NCBI GenBank assembly: GCA_019828565.1
Contig: JAHDYR010000021.1
Location: forward strand, 124,001-188,000
From: Carpediemonas membranifera BICM
Taxonomy: Eukaryota; Protista; Fornicata
Direction of reading: 5' to 3'
Length of the DNA: 64,000 bases
The position numbers and the translations under genes are program-made. Positions 20,018 to 30,476 of this stretch are shown one piece after another. The notes below the pieces were generated by a model. That model ran no database searches, had not been told where the DNA came from, and saw nothing but the letters and a program-made list of their open reading frames with translations. How positions within the stretch are numbered: position 1 is the first letter of the stretch; every line of letters starts with the position of its first letter.

Positions 20018-21376
20018 CTACCCAGACCGCCCATAGACGAGTGTCACGGCCATCTGGAACGCCCTGGTCGTGAACATCTCATCCATACTGACCTCCGTCA
20101 CGTCCCTGTCGCTGCACTTAAACACCCTGCCCGCGGAGACCCTGTACGTGTAGTAGTGCCCCCCCGCCTCGTTCCCCGCATGACAGACCACCGCCTTGAG
20201 GTTGTACCACACCTCGGGCCGGGTGTACCTCGCGATGTCCTCCTCAGTGGCCATCACGACTCCGTCAGGCCCCTCCACGGCCCCGGTCGGTGCGTCCTTG
20301 CCGTCGGGCATGCCCACATAGGCGCCCATGTCAAGCTTGTCGGGGTAGATGACCTTGTTCCTCAGCTTCCTTGCCTGACCCCGCAGCATGGCCACCCTGT
20401 TGATGTGAAGCATCAGTGTCTGCGGGAGGGCGGTCAGGTGCGTCGTCTTGGTCGCCCGGGACGGCATGGGCCTCAGGGGGACCTGTACTCCCTCGAATAT
20501 CTTGCCGGTAGACGCTGCCCCGACGTTTGTGGCGTGGATGAACGTCTGCAGGGCGTCCACACCCTTCGTGAACTCTGCTCCGGCCATGTAGTCGTCAGAG
20601 GCGAGGTTGGCCATCATACGCTCCGTCATGAGCGGGAGAAGCTTGACGGCGCCACACTTCATGCATGCTACGCCGTCGATGATCTCCTCCTTGAAGAAGT
20701 CGTCGAGACATGACTCTAAAGTGCACGACGGCAGGACGTTTGCACCGGTCCCTTGGGCGTCGGACGGCACGGGAATAGGGAGGAGAAGCGAGTTGAACCG
20801 GCTGATGGAGAAGGGGGCCCGTCCACAGCAGTTGATGCAGGTGTACGACGTCGTGCAGGTCCCTGTGAGCGAGGGCAGGGGGGCCGTCCTCACCGGGTCC
20901 ATCTCAGGTGTGCCGAGGACCCCGGCGAACGAGCACTTGGGGGAAGTAGCCGTAGCCTTTGCCCGGTGGCCGTCGATGAGATGCATCAAGGCCGTCAGGA
21001 ACTCGTGGGCATCCTGCTCCTGGCTCGTGTCCATGAACGTAGACACGACAGGCTCAGCGTCCAGCAGGTGCTTGTACGAGGGGATGGTCGCTAGGCGGCG
21101 GAGGATGTCCCGAAGCTTGCGCAGGGCGTCGCGACTTTCAACAGTGCCCTTGGATTCTTTGTATGCTGTCTTAACAACTTCATCCACCTCTGTTGCGAAG
21201 GTATCATCGAACGACAAGGCCTGAAGGATCGAGTTGGCGAAGCAAATAGTCGCTTTCGTGTTCTTGAGCCCCGGGGGCAGATCTCGTGGCGTATAGTTGT
21301 GTTTGTAGTACTCTTCTAGTGAATATACACCGTATGCGCTGCCCAGCAAGACCGTGGCGGCCTTGAGTAGATGCAT
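20018..21376 (-). CDS. Ubiquitin-specific protease (USP30-like, N-terminal TM)
   Basis: Cys box GLKN...CFANSILQAL, EQDAHEF, and His box HAGNEAGGHYYTY. Confidence 0.9.
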   Translation of the reverse strand: MHLLKAATVLLGSAYGVYSLEEYYKHNYTPRDLPPGLKNTKATICFANSILQALSFDDTFATEVDEVVKTAYKESKGTVESRDALRKLRDILRRLATIPSYKHLLDAEPVVSTFMDTSQEQDAHEFLTALMHLIDGHRAKATATSPKCSFAGVLGTPEMDPVRTAPLPSLTGTCTTSYTCINCCGRAPFSISRFNSLLLPIPVPSDAQGTGANVLPSCTLESCLDDFFKEEIIDGVACMKCGAVKLLPLMTERMMANLASDDYMAGAEFTKGVDALQTFIHATNVGAASTGKIFEGVQVPLRPMPSRATKTTHLTALPQTLMLHINRVAMLRGQARKLRNKVIYPDKLDMGAYVGMPDGKDAPTGAVEGPDGVVMATEEDIARYTRPEVWYNLKAVVCHAGNEAGGHYYTYRVSAGRVFKCSDRDVTEVSMDEMFTTRAFQMAVTLVYGRSG

Positions 21377-21467
21377 CAGGTTGCTGTCAAAGTCAAGAAC
21401 AGTCAACGCCCAGGCCGCCCGGACTCGACTGGGCGATCAGGGCAGTCGGCACTCTTATCCGCATTTA

Positions 21468-22934
21468 TCAGGTAAATCTGTCGAGCACGTCGCCGCGTCC
21501 CTGCTTGCCCTTTGGCGCGGTCTTCCCCTTCCGTGCCCGTTCAATGTTGGCATCCTGCGCCTTCCGCCGCTCCTCCTCGGCCTGAGTCTTCAACTTGCCC
21601 GTGAGTCGCTTAACAGCCCGAGTCCTGCCCCTAGCCAGCTTGAACTCGTCAATTGTCCCAGTCTTCTTATCCCGGCACTGGTCACCCCGGCCTGCCCGCC
21701 CGCCGTGGGTAGACACCGCCCCGATCCTTGTGGGGTCCAGGCAGATCTGGTCCGGCTTGAGCTTCTCGATGAGCTGCTTCACCTCGCTCTCCTGGCGCTG
21801 TTTCTTGGTCTGGTAAGGGTTCGACTCGTATGAGTCGAAGTTCGGGTCAGCAGACCCGGGAACCACGGCGAAAGTCGCACCCTTGGCCGTGCCGCACGCG
21901 AGGAAATCTTCGTGAGGGCAGAACTCCAAGTCGTGGAAGTCGGTGCCCTCGCCGATGTGCTGCATGTATGAGCTCTTGGCCTTGGTGCGGAGGCCCTCCT
22001 TGTACATCGTCACACGGCGTCTCGTCGCTACGGCCATGACACCCGTGTCTGAGATGCGGATGTCTGCGATGGAGTCGTGGGCGAAGTATGAATGCATGGG
22101 ACGTTCGGGCCGTCTTACGTCGTAAACCTGTACCTGGTGGGGCTTGGGGTTCTTGATGTCGATGCCCCCAACCGCCATGTAGCGGCCGGACCGGTCGAAA
22201 TCGAGGGCTGTGACCGTGGACATCGTCTTCACTGTCAGCAGGGGCTTGTTCGTTGCAGGAGACCACAGCTTGACCCGGCCGTCCTGGTGGCCAGTACCGA
22301 GTACGGCGTTCCACTTGTTCTGGGCGAGGGGCATGCCCCCGGTGTGGCCGGACTTAATGTCGATTGCCCCGGCGATGCCACCTGTACTGATGTCCTGATA
22401 GACCAGGCGGCTGCTGGTCGTCAGAGAGGCAAGGAGCATGTGGTAGGGAAGGAAGGACAGGCGCTGGGGGCGCGTATGGCTGCTGAGACGGTGGATCTCG
22501 AGCCCGGCGTCGTCGTAGATGTGGGTGAACTCACCCTGGGCTACGGCAAAGAGCAGGTGATTGTGGAGGTACTGGATATCCCGGATCTGCTCACCGAGGT
22601 GCATCTCCTTGACGATCTTGCGGTCTTTCCAGTGGGAGATGACGATGTTGCCCTGGGTGCCACCCATCGCCATGTAGTTGCCCGTACGGTCGAAAGAAAC
22701 GCTGTATGGGCCGAAGTCCCGGCCGATGTTGTACATCTTCCGCTTTGTCTGTGCATCAACCTGTTCGCGGATGTCCTGCTGGCGGTACTGGTATGTTTTC
22801 TCTCCTTCATCGGCTTCCAGGTACCCTACAGCCTCAGCGTTCAGCCTTTCGACGACTTTGCCGTCCTTGGCAGCACGACGATACTGTTTCAGGACATCAC
22901 GCCCTTCAGCAGAGGCTTTATCGTAAACACCCAT
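21468..22934 (-). CDS. UTP7: U3 snoRNA-associated WD protein Utp7/WDR46
   Basis: WD repeats, FLPYHMLL, and BING4-type C-terminus VPGSADPNFD..E.NPY...RQESEV. Confidence 0.88.
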   Translation of the reverse strand: MGVYDKASAEGRDVLKQYRRAAKDGKVVERLNAEAVGYLEADEGEKTYQYRQQDIREQVDAQTKRKMYNIGRDFGPYSVSFDRTGNYMAMGGTQGNIVISHWKDRKIVKEMHLGEQIRDIQYLHNHLLFAVAQGEFTHIYDDAGLEIHRLSSHTRPQRLSFLPYHMLLASLTTSSRLVYQDISTGGIAGAIDIKSGHTGGMPLAQNKWNAVLGTGHQDGRVKLWSPATNKPLLTVKTMSTVTALDFDRSGRYMAVGGIDIKNPKPHQVQVYDVRRPERPMHSYFAHDSIADIRISDTGVMAVATRRRVTMYKEGLRTKAKSSYMQHIGEGTDFHDLEFCPHEDFLACGTAKGATFAVVPGSADPNFDSYESNPYQTKKQRQESEVKQLIEKLKPDQICLDPTRIGAVSTHGGRAGRGDQCRDKKTGTIDEFKLARGRTRAVKRLTGKLKTQAEEERRKAQDANIERARKGKTAPKGKQGRGDVLDRFT

Positions 22935-23127
22935 CGCCGCTCGCTTGAAGCTGCATAACCTGCAGTGTTGTTAACGAGGCCCCATACACTCAGCAGAGTA
23001 CGTAATAGGCGGTAATACAGCCCAATGGTTGCTTTCCATCGCTTGTTTCACTCTTCCACGATCGCTGTAGCAGAGAGCCCCCACAGCCCTGGACTAACCC
23101 TCTCCCCAGCCTTCCGATCCGATTTAT

Positions 23128-24144
23128 CTACTTGTGGCTGACCCCGAACGAGCCAACCTTCCGCTCAGTCTTGGCCTTGGGCCGCCCGTCCCTGCCACGC
23201 TTGGCCTTGTCCCCCTTGCCCGCGGTAGCCTTGGCACGATGGGCCTCCTTCTTCTCCACGTCGTTGGCAGCGCGCTGGTTCCGCTTCCGGAGCTTCTCCC
23301 GGTTTGTAGCAGGGATGACACGGAGAGGGCGGCCACGGCACACGAACTGGGGTTTCCCACCAAGTGTGTGCTTCTTATACTTCATGAAGTCGTTGATCTT
23401 GTCCCTGGACTCGCGGTCACCCACAGAAACGAAGGCAGTCTGGGCATCTCCTGTCGCCTTGTCCCTGACGATCCGAATGTGCTGGATATCGGGCCTCGAC
23501 GGCATTTCAGCCAGACCCTCGGCAATGCTCTCCATCAGCTCGAGGGGGGAGACCTTGCGGGGGATGTTGCCGATGAAGAAGCACTCGTGGCTGTCGAACT
23601 CCTCGTGTGTCTTCTCAGAGGCAATGTCGATCGTCACGGGGAAGTCCATGATCGTGAAGGATTCGGTGGCGGCAAGCTCGACAAGCTGCTGGCGAGCCTC
23701 GTCGGTGATGTTGTCGAAAACGACGTAAGCGTTCTGGAAAGTGTCCCGAGTGGCCTTCTGCTCGATGAGCTGGCGCTTAGACTGGGAGCTGAGCGCCGCA
23801 CGCTTGAGAGCGACGGAGCGGAAGCGCACAGTGAGGATTTTCGCGTCCTTCAGCGGCTCGAGCGTGCCAGCAAACTTCTTGACGACGCGCTTCATCTTAG
23901 ATGAGCTGACGCCAGCGGGAACACCGCCAATGAAGAGCGTGTCCTTGTTCTTGGCTTCGAAGTCGTACTTGTGCTTCGCAGCATCCTTCTTAGCAGCAGC
24001 TTTCCGCCGAGAGAGCTTGGCATCGTTCTCTTCTACCACTTCCTCGGCATCAACGAACTCTTTCTCCGCCTCCTCGAAATCTGAGGGGATATCCAGACCT
24101 GCTTCTTCAGCAAGTTGCTTGATCTCATCGTCTTGCGCCGCCAT
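23128..24144 (-). CDS. Nucleolar RRM protein (Nop12/RBM34-like)
   Basis: Two RRMs (TLFIGGVP; VRFRSV..NAYVVF; FFIGNIP) and a basic tail. Confidence 0.7.
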   Translation of the reverse strand: MAAQDDEIKQLAEEAGLDIPSDFEEAEKEFVDAEEVVEENDAKLSRRKAAAKKDAAKHKYDFEAKNKDTLFIGGVPAGVSSSKMKRVVKKFAGTLEPLKDAKILTVRFRSVALKRAALSSQSKRQLIEQKATRDTFQNAYVVFDNITDEARQQLVELAATESFTIMDFPVTIDIASEKTHEEFDSHECFFIGNIPRKVSPLELMESIAEGLAEMPSRPDIQHIRIVRDKATGDAQTAFVSVGDRESRDKINDFMKYKKHTLGGKPQFVCRGRPLRVIPATNREKLRKRNQRAANDVEKKEAHRAKATAGKGDKAKRGRDGRPKAKTERKVGSFGVSHK

Positions 24145-24348
24145 TGCGTTCCCGTTACCTCGCTGCTCGAGTCGCCGAGTCGAACACGCGTCTCGGCAAC
24201 CAGGGCCGTGACGGGTGCTACGGGTCTTGCCAGGAACACTGTGAGGACACCTGCGCTGCCTTATTCATGCTGCAAAAATCTGAGCGTCGGCAACGATTTC
24301 AGAAAGAGCAGAAATGGCACGACTCGTTTACTAATGTTACAACAACGC

Positions 24349-25053
24349 TCAGATGGCCACATGCGCCCTTGCTACCCTCTCTGCCACACTATCCAGCAGC
24401 CCGATGAGCACTCCCTCGCTGTCGGCCTTGCACGACCTCTCGCCCTCGAGCAGCGTGGCGAGCTCGGTCTGAAGAGACCCGCACGCCTCCTCTACTCTCT
24501 TCTGACGTGCCACACGCTCCTTCTTGAGACTCTCTGCGGCTTCTCTCGCCTTTCCGACGCTCTCATCGATTGAGTTCGAAACTTTCTCAAGCCATTCCCG
24601 GTTAGCATCCTTCTCGCGGACAAACTTGACCCTCACCGTCTCTAGATCCTTTGGGTTCGTGGAGTGGGTGCGTGGACAATCATCGCCGTTGATTTCCCTC
24701 ACGCTTTCGAGCTGGGCCTCGAGGGCAGTGAAGAGGCGGGTCTCAAGCTCGAGTCGCTCTTGCTTTTCTTGCCTTATAGCCGTGTTGATCGACTCCCGTG
24801 CTCTAGTGTACCTCTCTACTTCTGGATGGGCCTCAGATTCCCGCTTTAAGTCGGACACGGCCTCTTGGACGGCGGCAATGTCGTTCTCAAGTTTAACGAG
24901 TTGCGGGTGGCGCGACATGAAGCTTTCAGAAATCCTTTCAGTTGCTACCTTGATCTTTTGGTGCCAACGTTGGTCAGCTTTGGAAATATAGGAGGTCAAC
25001 TCTGAATCGAGGGAATGGATGCGGGAAATCACTGCATTCGCCCGGGGTTCCAT
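24349..25053 (-). CDS. Coiled-coil protein, possibly SF-assemblin/beta-giardin family
   Basis: Heptad-rich 234 aa; C-terminal LEGERSCKADSEGVLIGLLD. Confidence 0.5.
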   Translation of the reverse strand: MEPRANAVISRIHSLDSELTSYISKADQRWHQKIKVATERISESFMSRHPQLVKLENDIAAVQEAVSDLKRESEAHPEVERYTRARESINTAIRQEKQERLELETRLFTALEAQLESVREINGDDCPRTHSTNPKDLETVRVKFVREKDANREWLEKVSNSIDESVGKAREAAESLKKERVARQKRVEEACGSLQTELATLLEGERSCKADSEGVLIGLLDSVAERVARAHVAI

Positions 25054-25309
25054 CCCACTTGTTGAATTTTGCGTCAAAATTGTGCGAGATAGCGGTCTAT
25101 TCCCAAATCGCGAGAAGTCCATGTGGCGACGACGAAATGACATAAAGTGCACATTGAAAAATTGCATGAACACGGTCCGATACAGCGACTCCACGCCCAG
25201 CTAGTACTCGTTGCAGTAGAAGCAAGCGCCACATCTCGTCAGTCAGTCCCAATACTCCGTCGAAACCTACCGTGGCAACGATCCATATGCATTTACAAAG
25301 AGACCCAGC

Positions 25310-26344
25310 TTACATGCCAGGGGGTGCCATGGGGCCGCCCATCATGGGCTGGCCGACCATGCCAGGCTGCACCATACCGTATCCCATGGGGGCGGCCATC
25401 TGCATGGGGACGCCGTACGCCGCGGGGGCCATGGACGCGGCCATGAAATTAGCGGGCATATTCCGGCCATAACCGAGCACCCGTGAGCTGTAGATGATCC
25501 GGCCGGTAAAGTGGAACGAGACGAACGTGATCATCGTCAGCTGGAGAATAATGTTAAGCACGAGGGGGATAACGGGCACGACGTTGATGGCAGTGAGGAT
25601 GAAGGTTAGCACGACGTAGATGTAGATGAAGATCATGTCGTGGGCCCACAGGAGGATCTGGGTAATGGCGTTCTTAGCCTGACTCCGGATAGCGAGGATG
25701 AGGCGCTGGACAAAGTTCATCTTCGGCTCGAGGGCGATAAGAAGAACCATGGGCGGGACGAGGCCACAGCAGCAGCGAGTGCAAGGCAGGCCGACGAGGA
25801 GGAAGAGAACAGAGAATATGACAACGCCGACCACGGGGACTGCGAGGAGGGGGAAGAGAGCGAAGGCGGGGAAGCACACCATCACCACGAGAAGAGCAAA
25901 GTTAACCATGCGGCGGCCGAAGTAGTCGTTCTTGAGCATCTTTGTGAACGGGTGGGGGCCGTCCTCGGGGATCATGAGGGTCTCTACAACACCGGTGGTC
26001 CAGCTGGAAGCGAAGTTGCAGGTGCAGCAGGGGACTACGCAGCACCAGAGGGTGAAGAGGACGACGAGGTGAAGAGGAATGAGTATAAGAGGGGGAAGTA
26101 CGGAGGTGATAATCGCGAAGGGGATGTATGCATGAGCGATGACGGCTAGAGCGACGGAAAGGATGACTGCTATAAGAAGGCCGCAGCAAATATTCGCGCA
26201 GTTCGCCTGCCAGACATTCTTGGTCAGCTTGAACTGACCCAAAGTGTGAACGCGGTGGAGTTTTGGGGCATTGTCGTCAATGACGATGTAGAAGGCAGTT
26301 TCACCTTCATAAGCATCCGATGCTTGATAAACAGCTGTCGACAT
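25310..26344 (-). CDS. Multi-pass membrane protein with Pro/Met/Gly-rich tail
   Basis: Several Cys-rich hydrophobic helices; low-complexity C-terminus. Confidence 0.7.
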   Translation of the reverse strand: MSTAVYQASDAYEGETAFYIVIDDNAPKLHRVHTLGQFKLTKNVWQANCANICCGLLIAVILSVALAVIAHAYIPFAIITSVLPPLILIPLHLVVLFTLWCCVVPCCTCNFASSWTTGVVETLMIPEDGPHPFTKMLKNDYFGRRMVNFALLVVMVCFPAFALFPLLAVPVVGVVIFSVLFLLVGLPCTRCCCGLVPPMVLLIALEPKMNFVQRLILAIRSQAKNAITQILLWAHDMIFIYIYVVLTFILTAINVVPVIPLVLNIILQLTMITFVSFHFTGRIIYSSRVLGYGRNMPANFMAASMAPAAYGVPMQMAAPMGYGMVQPGMVGQPMMGGPMAPPGM

Positions 26345-26579
26345 CAATGCTTTGTGCGAGAATGATCTGCGTGTTATTCTCGTCGACGGATCGGCTGAAA
26401 ATATCTCCTTCGACTTCTGACACTGGGGGCCTGCTGGGCGATCACAGGCGTGCATGTGGGGTCTAGAACCACGTCATGAAGGCTCACACGGACGCGTTGA
26501 GTCGAGTCCCAGCCCGAATCCCGGGAGAATACCCCATCCCACCCCCAAGTCGACCAACAGAACCCTTCCCGGGCCTAGT

Positions 26580-27791
26580 TTACAACAGCCGCTTGAGCAC
26601 CTTCTCATGGAACTCGGTCGGGATGATAGCCTTGAGAGCCTCGACCTCAACCCCCTCCCCCGCCAGCTTCTTCGCCTTGACCCGCATGTACGTGACCATG
26701 CTGCCTGTCCCCGTCACACCGAGCATGCCCGCACAATACTCCAGCCCCCGGGCTGAGGGGAGGGCCAGCGCGCCTCTCAGTAGGATGTACACATGGTCGC
26801 CGTCGACCTGGTGGCCGAGGGCGTTCAGCAGCTTGCAGAGCCGCTCGGGGCCGAGCTGTTCCATGTACTTCGCCACCACCGCCCCTGTGGCCGCCTTGAG
26901 CCCGTTGAAGTGGGCCTGCAGCTCGAGGTGGGTCGCGGGCTGGGGCGGGACGTCGATCTCAGTGAAGACAGGGCCCTGGAAGACCTGGGCCGGCTGGGAG
27001 GCGGGCTTCACTTCCTGGGGAGCATCGTCTGTGGAGATGGAGATCTTCCCAGTCCTTCCCGCCTGCTTCTCCGCCTGCTTGCCTTGCTGCAGGGCGACCT
27101 TCTTCTTCTCGCCGCCCCTCGTCAAATCCCGCAGCTGGGTCGAGAGCTGGGTGATCTGCTTGTTCTTACGGCCCGCCTCCGTGGACAAGGCGAGCGCCAC
27201 GCTGGAGAGGGCCGTGTGGTAAAGCTCAGGCTTCTTCTGCTCGTCCCCGATTGCCTTGGTTGCGAGGGCGAACCTGTACAGCGCCTTGACGTTCGTCGGA
27301 TTCAGCTTGAGCGCAGTCTCGCAGTCCTCTACAGCCTGCTCGTTCATGCCGACCTTGATGAATGCGAAGGCCCGGTTCGTGAGGGCGTCCTGGGACTCGG
27401 GGTCGCACTGGATGGCGCCCGTGTAGGAAATGATCGCGTCCATGTAGTCTCCCTTCTTGAACTGCGCGTTTCCCTGGATGCGGTGCTTGTCCGCCTCGGT
27501 GGGCTCGTCCTCCTCGATGGCAACCTTGTGGCCAGCGGTGACTCTCGGGTTTTCCGGCTGATCAATCGGCTCAATTTTGGTTTTCTTCGGCGGTTCGCTT
27601 CGCTGCTCAGCTATGCGAGCATCTACGGTGCCGCGAACGGGCGGGATTGAAGAATTGACAGTGGGTTTCGCCTTTTTGAGCTGTTCGTCGGTCTCTTCGA
27701 CGTCATTTGCCCAAGAATTAAGCTCTCTGAGCTCCTGCTGTTGTTTAGCCGCATTAGCGCGAACCTGCTGTTGAAATTGTATCGGATCCAT
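26580..27791 (-). CDS. RPAP3/Spag1-like TPR co-chaperone
   Basis: N-terminal QQQVRANA..Q..LRELNSW and TPR clamp (GNAQFKKG...NRA..KALYR). ATG at 27791; the longer ORF call reads into the transposon. Confidence 0.8.
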   Translation of the reverse strand: MDPIQFQQQVRANAAKQQQELRELNSWANDVEETDEQLKKAKPTVNSSIPPVRGTVDARIAEQRSEPPKKTKIEPIDQPENPRVTAGHKVAIEEDEPTEADKHRIQGNAQFKKGDYMDAIISYTGAIQCDPESQDALTNRAFAFIKVGMNEQAVEDCETALKLNPTNVKALYRFALATKAIGDEQKKPELYHTALSSVALALSTEAGRKNKQITQLSTQLRDLTRGGEKKKVALQQGKQAEKQAGRTGKISISTDDAPQEVKPASQPAQVFQGPVFTEIDVPPQPATHLELQAHFNGLKAATGAVVAKYMEQLGPERLCKLLNALGHQVDGDHVYILLRGALALPSARGLEYCAGMLGVTGTGSMVTYMRVKAKKLAGEGVEVEALKAIIPTEFHEKVLKRLL

Positions 27792-27812
27792 TCCAGATGA
27801 CCGCAGCGATGC

Positions 27813-27956
27813 TGTGCCGCGCAGGATTAGAATTGTTGAGTCCAAAACACACAGTGATCCAAGCAGCATCAGGATCGCAGTGTGGTTCATCATACTCTAT
27901 CAATCGTGCGGTGCATATCACGCGCGCTGCAGCGCGTGCTTGCTCAACTTAGCAAG
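27813..27956 (-). ncRNA. Putative omegaRNA scaffold of family B
   Basis: Two short hairpins (CTTGCT/AGCAAG, CACGCGC/GCGCGTG), then a ~105-nt imperfect hairpin (CGCAcGATT/AATCcTGCG, CACAC/GTGTG, GATCC/GGATC) closing at the terminus. Confidence 0.55.
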
Positions 27957-29462
27957 TTAATGGTAGCGAGGAAGAGCACCTCTCTGGGAGTCGTAGTGGA
28001 AAGGAGATTGCTCTATCTGATCTGAAGTTGCATCGTAGGTGCACCAAAGGATGTTCTCGCTGGCGCTCTTATTTCGGTGAGAGAGATTGAGAAGTATGTC
28101 TCTCTGCTCGGGATGCCGACGTAGCCGTTCAACGCGCCATGGAGCTCCCTCGCACGCGGGATTCTGGCAGAGCATGGTGCGGTGTGTGTGCACCACACGT
28201 CTGAAGTGTGCTTTGCAGTATGGGCACACGATGGAAGTGCGGAATTCCGAGACCATCGTGACACTCACGACGACGTTGTGCCGGAACATGATGCCAGGGA
28301 GAGCTCGAGCATAGTGGCGGTACGGAGCACAGGAGGGAGTGCCGGCGGAACCGAACAGTGCAGCCCCATACGCGACTTCGAGATGAATGGGCTCCGGGGG
28401 GCGCCCGCCGAGATCATCCAGGAGTTGACGTCCAGCCTGGGCGAAGTGCTTCAGGCGCAGACAGTGATTGGCAAAAGTCTCACGGCGGAAACACTTTCTC
28501 GTCCCCTCGTTGATGATCTGAACGATGTTCTTATGGACAAACCTAATCGACTGTTTGAGAGCCTCTAGACTTGTCGTTTTGAACGATGCTGCGCTCATAT
28601 TCACGCGGAAAGAGGGGGTGGCAGTGTAGCCACACTTAGCGAGTACGCCAGATACACTCTGCCCGTCTGGGCGGCGGATCGTGTAGCCGCCCAGCGACCG
28701 AGCACCAGGGTCGAAGCCCATGAGAGCTTGAATGTCCGGGGCAGGAGTAGCCTCGGCGTCATCCTGACCGAGCCGAGCCCGCTTGTTGCTGCTACCCTTT
28801 TTGTACGTGGGCCGGTCAGCCACCCGACCGCCACGGTATTTCTCGCGACCCACCCAAACCGTCACAGCAACAGAGACCCCGTCTGTCTTCACAGAGAGCA
28901 CTCTGCGGAGCTTGGTGATGTCACCGTGATCACGCTCGTATCTATCAACCTGCTCAGTGGTCTAGTTCTTAGTTGCTGACCAATTCACGTGCACACGGAG
29001 GCGCCTCTTCATCGCTGGGGTGAGCGCTGTTACTCTGCGCTCGATGGTCATGAACCCAGGCCTGACCGGTGCCATCGGCACGAACGGAACGAGCTTCGGC
29101 TCTGGCAGGGCCTGACTGAGCTCGAGGTTCACGGCACAAGTGAGTGTGACCAGCTTGGTCACTGCAGCACTCATGCGCGTGACACACGACAGCACGCCGA
29201 CGAGGGCCTCGGCCACGGTACCAGTGCGACCCACCCGCTGCTCCTCGGGCAATGCATGCATTTGACGATGATGCATGCCATGATCGGCGGCTATGGTGGC
29301 AACCTCAGTGTCGAGCTCGCCTAGGGTGTCGAGAAAATCCTGTCGAACACCCGGCTGATCATGGAGGAGCGGACGCACCCGTTCTAATCCAGCACGAAGA
29401 CGGGTCAGGTACCCGGGTGGCTGTGGAGTACTCACCCAACCAGCGCTGAAATGGAAATGCAA
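27957..29462 (-). pseudogene. Fanzor1-like gene with in-frame TAG (28962-28964) and RuvC-III D>N
   Basis: VPMAPVRPGFM, KTDGVSV, LMGFDPG, VAYGAALF, SEFRTSIVCPYC, CQNPAC and HRNKSASENI. The two listed ORFs are one frame split by a single stop. Confidence 0.85.
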
Positions 29463-29761
29463 TTCTCTAAATCCTTACCTTATCTAAATCAGACTGAACC
29501 TGTTCAGTCCTCTGGAGTTCATCCCAGGGGGGGTCGACAGCTTAAGTCACCTTTACATGAATCCTCCACATAAACCTCTAAATACCACAGATGCTGAACT
29601 TTAAACTGCTCGACCATGAACAATGCTTTTCTAGGTGATTGCTGGTGCTATCACTGGCGCCATCACACATCATGACACTCGCCATAGCGAACAAGGCACC
29701 CTCATCTTGCTAACTGCCGTCCAACTCAATCCAACGCCATACAATTTACGATACGATGAGC

Positions 29762-30274
29762 TCAGTCGGACCGGGAGTGTTCCGCCAACCACTCAAGCCC
29801 GTCCTCGAGCCCAGTGTTGTCTACGGCGGACGTGGCGACCACATGCCAGGTCCTGTCGTTGATGTCCTGGAGCCCGAGCGCCTGGGAGATCGTGCCGACA
29901 TCAGAGGCGCCCTCCTTGTCTGCCTTGTTCGCGAACACGATAACTGGCGCCCTGTCTAGCATCTCTTCCTTCAGGATCTTCTGGAACTCTTCCCTCGCGA
30001 GCGGCATGCGCGCCATGTCGCTGGAATCAACCACAAAGACAACTGCTGAAACATTGTTGTAGTAGAAGTTCCAGTAGTTGCGGGACGACGTCTGGCCGCC
30101 GAGGTCGAACACCTGGAACTTGACATTCTTGAACTGCACCGTCTCGAGGTTGAAGCCAACGGTGGGAATCGTGCTTACAACCTCACCGAGCTGCAGGCGG
30201 TATAGTATCGTGGTTTTCCCGGCGGCGTCAAGTCCTACCATGAGAATTTTGTAGTCTTTGTGTCTGTTGAACAT
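29762..30274 (-). CDS. ARF/Arl1-like small GTPase (N-terminus probably extends upstream via an intron)
   Basis: [23 protein letters not shown] and TSA motifs. Confidence 0.92.
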   Translation of the reverse strand: MFNRHKDYKILMVGLDAAGKTTILYRLQLGEVVSTIPTVGFNLETVQFKNVKFQVFDLGGQTSSRNYWNFYYNNVSAVVFVVDSSDMARMPLAREEFQKILKEEMLDRAPVIVFANKADKEGASDVGTISQALGLQDINDRTWHVVATSAVDNTGLEDGLEWLAEHSRSD

Positions 30275-30476
30275 TTGTGTGAAACGACTGAGATAGGCAC
30301 CCCTTTGTAAGTCATAAAATGATGCTCAGTGTGTACTGAAGAGCAATTCACTACCGATCCGCATCGAGTACAAACATTTCTTCTCTGCTTTAGCTTGTTC
30401 AGCCGGTTTTGATCTCCCTCATGTGCAGGATAAGGTTCGGCGACTGGGGACCCTGTGTATTGCTGCGTCTAAGTGT

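Larger units (their letters stand above)
27813..29589 (-). mobile_element. Fanzor-carrying transposon, diverged family B (1777 bp)
   Basis: TGT at 27813 and ACA at 29587-29589, with GATGC duplicated at 27808-27812 and 29590-29594. Left end TGTGGTATTTAGAGGT matches family A TGTGCTATTGAAGGGT at 12/16. Right end AACAAT..CTGCGCGGCACA resembles family A. Confidence 0.82.

Noticed and set aside
28962-28964. TAG reassigned to Gln (hexamitid-type code)
   Set aside because: Neighbouring conserved genes end in TAA/TAG and long ORFs have no internal TAR codons; this TAG aligns with a Leu codon.
29444-29478. Intron-like GTAAGG...TTTCAG in the family B left region
   Set aside because: I could not join it to an ATG-initiated exon in the Fanzor frame.
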